64,000 nt of DNA from Psammoneis japonica. Taxonomy: Eukaryota. Position numbers and translations under genes: made by a program. The notes under the pieces were generated by a model that was given only the letters and a program-made list of their open reading frames with translations, searched no databases and was not told where the DNA came from. Shown in pieces: positions 59,769 through 64,000 of the stretch; positions within the stretch are counted from its first letter, which is position 1; each line of letters begins with the position of its first letter. The stretch covers positions 496,001-560,000 of the forward strand of contig QPGO01000020.1 in assembly GCA_008632985.1 (NCBI GenBank). The letters are read 5' to 3'.

Positions 59769-62700
59769 TGTTGGAAAATGGTGAATTAAAAGTTCAAACA
59801 CCGAAATTAGATGGCGCAAAGAAGACGCATGCGTCAGCGCTCATGTGCTCTGCGTGAGGCACTGAAACTGCCAATGAAAGCAGTCATTGTTCTCTTTCAA
59901 CTCTCAGAAAGTATTGTGATAACAAGCTTGTCTATTTTAGCCTCAGGATCAGACCTCAGAGGACTGAGGTGGCTCTGAAATGGTTGCCAGAAGGATGAAT
60001 TACAACAGTTAAAAGAGAATGATCCAGCTGAGAGCTGTGAAAAGAAAGTAAGAAAGAAAAGAGTCATTCTCACGGTGTGTGAGATATTTTGCTGCTTTGC
60101 CTTTTTGTCATGAGTGGAAGAGGCAAAGGCAGAAATGGCAATAGAAGCCAAGGAAGAGGACCCTCAGGAAGGGGCAACAAGAGTGGCAAGCAAAGCAACA
60201 AGGGCATCAATGATCATGTCTGTCACGTTGGAAGTGCCAAGCAAGCATCTGATTTTCAGATTGCTGCTGAGTTCATCATCAACCACATTGAGAAGACTTG
60301 TGAGTTTGGAAATGACATTGCAACTGCACTCAACACTTTCACTCCATGTGACATGAGTTCTAAGAAGCCGACTTTGCAGGTCAGCTTGACTGGAGATGAC
60401 AAGGTGGACGTGCCATTGAACAAACAGCATGAAATTGAGTTCAAGACAGAATTTGATGCTCACATCAAGAGGACCCAAACTCATGAGAACAACCTCATCA
60501 AGGCTTGTGCTTTGCTCTGGGAGAGATGCTCCAAGGCCATGAAGAACAAGATTCAAGCAAGAACCGACTTCCAAGCCAAAATTGAAAATGATCCTGTCGA
60601 ATTGCTCAAGGCCATTAAGGAGCATGCATTGAACTGCCAAGAGCACAGGCATGACATGGCTGTCATCTCAGATTCAATGAGAGCAGTGCTAGAAACCAAG
60701 CAGAAGGAGAAGGAGAGTCTCCAAGATTGCACCAAGAGATTCAGGGTTGCAAGGGACATCATGAAGTCTCACATTGGAGGACCAATTGTCCTCACCAAGG
60801 CAGTGCAAGGCATGTCAGAATGTGACGAGCACAATGCGGATGCCATCAAGAAGTGTCAAGAAAAGGCGTTCAGCCAATTGATGGGTTACATGCACTTGGA
60901 GAATGCAGACCAGCGCAAGTGTGGATCAATTCTAACAGGATTGAACACTCAGCAGTCCCTCAAGAACGACCAATGTCCCAAGTCTATTACGGAAGCCAAC
61001 ACGGTGTTGAGCAACCACACTTTTGACTGCGTTGGTCAGCCTGACAACCACCGTAACAGGAACAATCAAAACAACAACTCTGACTCCAAGAAACAAGAAG
61101 AAAACCAAGAAATTGCGCTGTCCTTCACTCAGTTAGAAGGCAAGTGTTGCTGCTGTGGCAAGGCTGGACACAATTCCAAAAATTGCTGGGAAAGGAAAGG
61201 AAAACCTCAAGCAGAATGGGCCATCAACAAGGCCAAAGCCAAGCAAGAAGCAAGCAACACTCAAGCAAGTGACGATGCCAGCACAGCCAACTCTTCCACC
61301 AAAGAATCCACTGGAACAAAATCTGCTGTTTCAGGATGGGCTGGCACGCACATCGATGCATCTCTCTGCCAGGATCAATCTGGCAGCATGAGAGACTGGA
61401 TTTTATTGGACAACCAGTCCACAACCACAATCTTCTGCAATGAGAAGCTCGTTGCAGACATCCGTCCGTCGGATGAAGCCATGCGTTTGCACACCAATGG
61501 CAGAGTCCTAGTCACGACACACAAGGCCACGGTGCCAGGGTTTGGTGAGACTTGGTTTAACCCAGATGCAATCACCAACATTTTTGCTTGCTCTGACATG
61601 AAGAAGAAGCACAGAATCACAAGTGATTCTAAGCAAGACAATGCATTCACCGTTCATCTCCCCAACAAGAAGGTTGGGTTCGAGGAGGACGGAAAAGGGC
61701 TGCACATTTACAAGCCCAAGATTAACGACACTGGAGCTCAGCTCCAATTTGTGCAGAGTGTGGAAGAGAACAAGAAGTTCTACACTCCACGACAGTTCAG
61801 AAAGCCAAGAGGGCTAGGGAACTGTTGCACGCATTGGGAAACCCAACCGTGAACGATCTGAAGGCCATCATTCGCATGAACAGCATCAAGAACAATCCCG
61901 TCACAACGGAGGACGTAGATTTGGCCGAGAAGATTTTTGGACCAGACATTGGAAGTCTAAAAGGCAAGGTGACAAGGCAGAAGCCAGACCCAGTTGTAGA
62001 AGACTGCACAGAGATCCCGAAGGAGCTCATTGCAGCACAGCACAAGGTCACTCTTTGTCTGGACAGCCTCAAGGTGAATGGATTGCCATTCCTCACCACA
62101 GTGTCACGAAACATTTTTCATCGCACGGCACAACCGCTCAAGGACTTGACCCAACCAACTCATCAAGAAGCTCTGGAAGATGTGCTGCGAGTCTACAACA
62201 AGGCCGATTTGAAGGTCACACGCATTCATTGCGACAACGAATTCAGGCCCATTGGGAATGCACTAGAAGACAAGTTTGATCTCAAGGTGAGCTGCGCAAA
62301 TGCTCAGGAGCATGTCCCACAAGCCGAAAGAAACAACCGAGTTATTCAAGAACGTGCCAGGGCAGTCTGTCATCAGCTGCCATTCAAGCATCTGCCAAAA
62401 CTCATGGTCGAAGTCATGGTCACCGAAGCTGCTAAGAAGCTCAATTGTTTTCCAGCCAAGCACGGCGTTTCCAAACATTGCAGTCCAAGAATGATTCTCC
62501 ATCAAAAGAATCTAGACTGTGACAAGAGCTGCAAGATCACGTTCGGCACTTGTGTGCAAGCTCACAACGACCCGGACCCCAAGAACACCCAAGAGTCACG
62601 GACCTTAGATTGCATTTGTTTGCACCCCACTGACAGCAACCAGATTGGACATGAGTTGCTGCACTTGCAAACCGGCAAGAAGATCACTCATCGCAAGGTC

Positions 62701-64000
62701 ACCCCTGTGCCCATCACTCCCGCCATCATGAAGCAGGTTCATCGTTTGGCTGAAATGAACAAGATGCCCAACGGTCTCAAGATTCAGAGCCGCACTGGAG
62801 CTGTTTTGTATGACAGTGCTTGGCTTGCAGGAGTGGATTATGATGAAGATCAATTTGAAGACGAAGGTTGTGATCTAGAAGAAGACATTGAAGGCTGAAG
62901 ACGATGAGGAAGAAGAGCTAGACTGGGGAGACTATGACAGAGTTAGTCAAGAAGAGCTGCAAGACACAATTCGGGAACAAGAATTGGATGAAGAAGCCAG
63001 CTGCATCAGTTAACAACAAGACGAGACTCAAGAAGAAACCTCCAATGATGAGCATCTCGGAGACAATGACGAAGTTGGTTCTCAACCATCAGACGGCAGC
63101 GGAATCTCACAAGAAATCGATGACATGATTGACCACATTGATGAACAACAGAGGCTGGAACAAGAGAAGGAACACTCTCCGGAAGTGCAAGAGATCATCG
63201 ACGAAATGAAAGACCTGGAATCTGATGACGAATCTGGAGAGGAGCAGAGTGAAACCAAAGAAAGTGTCCAAGAAGAGCCTGTTGCTACATCCAGGGCAGG
63301 AAGGACTCTCAAACCTCCAGTTAGATTGGGAGACTGCCAATGCCATCTGCAGACTCAAGCCCATTCACAAGAAGAAGCGTGCAGCTTGGAGACGGCCAGA
63401 ATCATGGCCATGACAATGTGCCAGTGGAACGAAAAGGTTAGCATGATTTCCACTGATGAAGAAGCACACCAATTTATTCAGACTTGCAGCTTGGCACGAG
63501 GACTCCAGAAGTTTGGAGAAGAAGGCCACAAGTCGGCAGTGTTAGAGCTGAAGCAAATCCATGACAGAGTGGTTTTCAAACCCATTCACATCAAGGACAT
63601 GACTCCACTGGAGAGGAAGAGAGCCATGGAGAGCCTCATGTTTCTCACAGAGAAGAGAGATGGACGAATCAAGTCAAGGTTGTGTGCAAACGGAAGCACG
63701 CAACGAGAGTGCATGGACCGAGATGAAACCGCCAGTCCGACAGCATCAACAGAATCCATTCTCATTGCAGGAGTGATCAATGCCAAGCAAGGCAGAGACG
63801 TCATGACGGCAGACATTCCAAACGCATTTGTGCAAACGGACATCGAGGTCAAGGATGAAAAGATCATCATGAAGATCCGTGGAAGGATGGTGGACATGTT
63901 GCTGGAATTGGATCCAGACACTTGCCAGGACTGCGTCGTGTGCGAAGGCAAACACAAGGTTCTCTACGTTGAAATGTTGAAGGCACTCTACGGAATGCTG
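59769..64000 (+). mobile_element. Ty1/copia (CoDi-like) LTR retrotransposon running off the window; putative 5' LTR from TGTTGG at 59769
   Basis: Gag, zinc knuckle, protease, integrase, RT in copia order; the LTR boundary is tentative because the second LTR is not in the window. Confidence 0.9.
60110..64000 (+). pseudogene. gag-pol polyprotein, frameshifted (~61800, ~62890), with pervasive Tyr->Cys/His
   Basis: CCCCGKAGHNSKNC; WILLDNQSTT; LCLDSL / IHCDNEF / HVPQAERNNR; IKSRLCANG, VMTADIPNAFVQT, LKALYGML. Confidence 0.92.

Noticed and set aside
60110..64000. Alternative genetic code (Cys/His codons read as Tyr) or selenoprotein-like recoding
   Set aside because: Neighbouring genes use TAY normally, and non-coding DNA, splice sites and stops show the same TA loss

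Overview
Eukaryotic nuclear DNA, most likely a diatom: it has GT-AG introns, a bipartite plastid-targeting presequence and a CoDi-like Ty1/copia element. Islands of ordinary-composition genes alternate with repeat/pseudogene blocks. The genes are a repeat-containing membrane protein, two RING-like membrane-protein paralogs, a CK1/VRK-type kinase with two FHA-like domains, a TYW2-like transferase with an inverted pseudo-copy, a Tudor-(CXXC/MBD)x4-SET-like chromatin protein and a multicopper oxidase. The other blocks are a mosaic of gene fragments (COPB1, crotonase, NTT, RpiA), a cpn60 pseudogene, a PIF/Harbinger-type DNA transposon, decayed repeats and a copia retrotransposon. The main signal is that most repeat blocks (~1-690, 13500-24330, 26530-28290, 30020-36970, 46100-48340, 55820-64000) have lost nearly all TpA dinucleotides through strand-symmetric TpA->TpG/CpA transitions. 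Conserved Tyr becomes Cys/His, a TAG stop becomes TGG, GTA splice donors become GCA, and inferred (TAG)n tracts become CAG/TGG mosaics. This points to a region-targeted A:T->G:C hypermutation process, opposite in direction to fungal RIP, with CpG decay added in the oldest blocks. All counts are by eye and family assignments come from recalled motifs; no searches were run.
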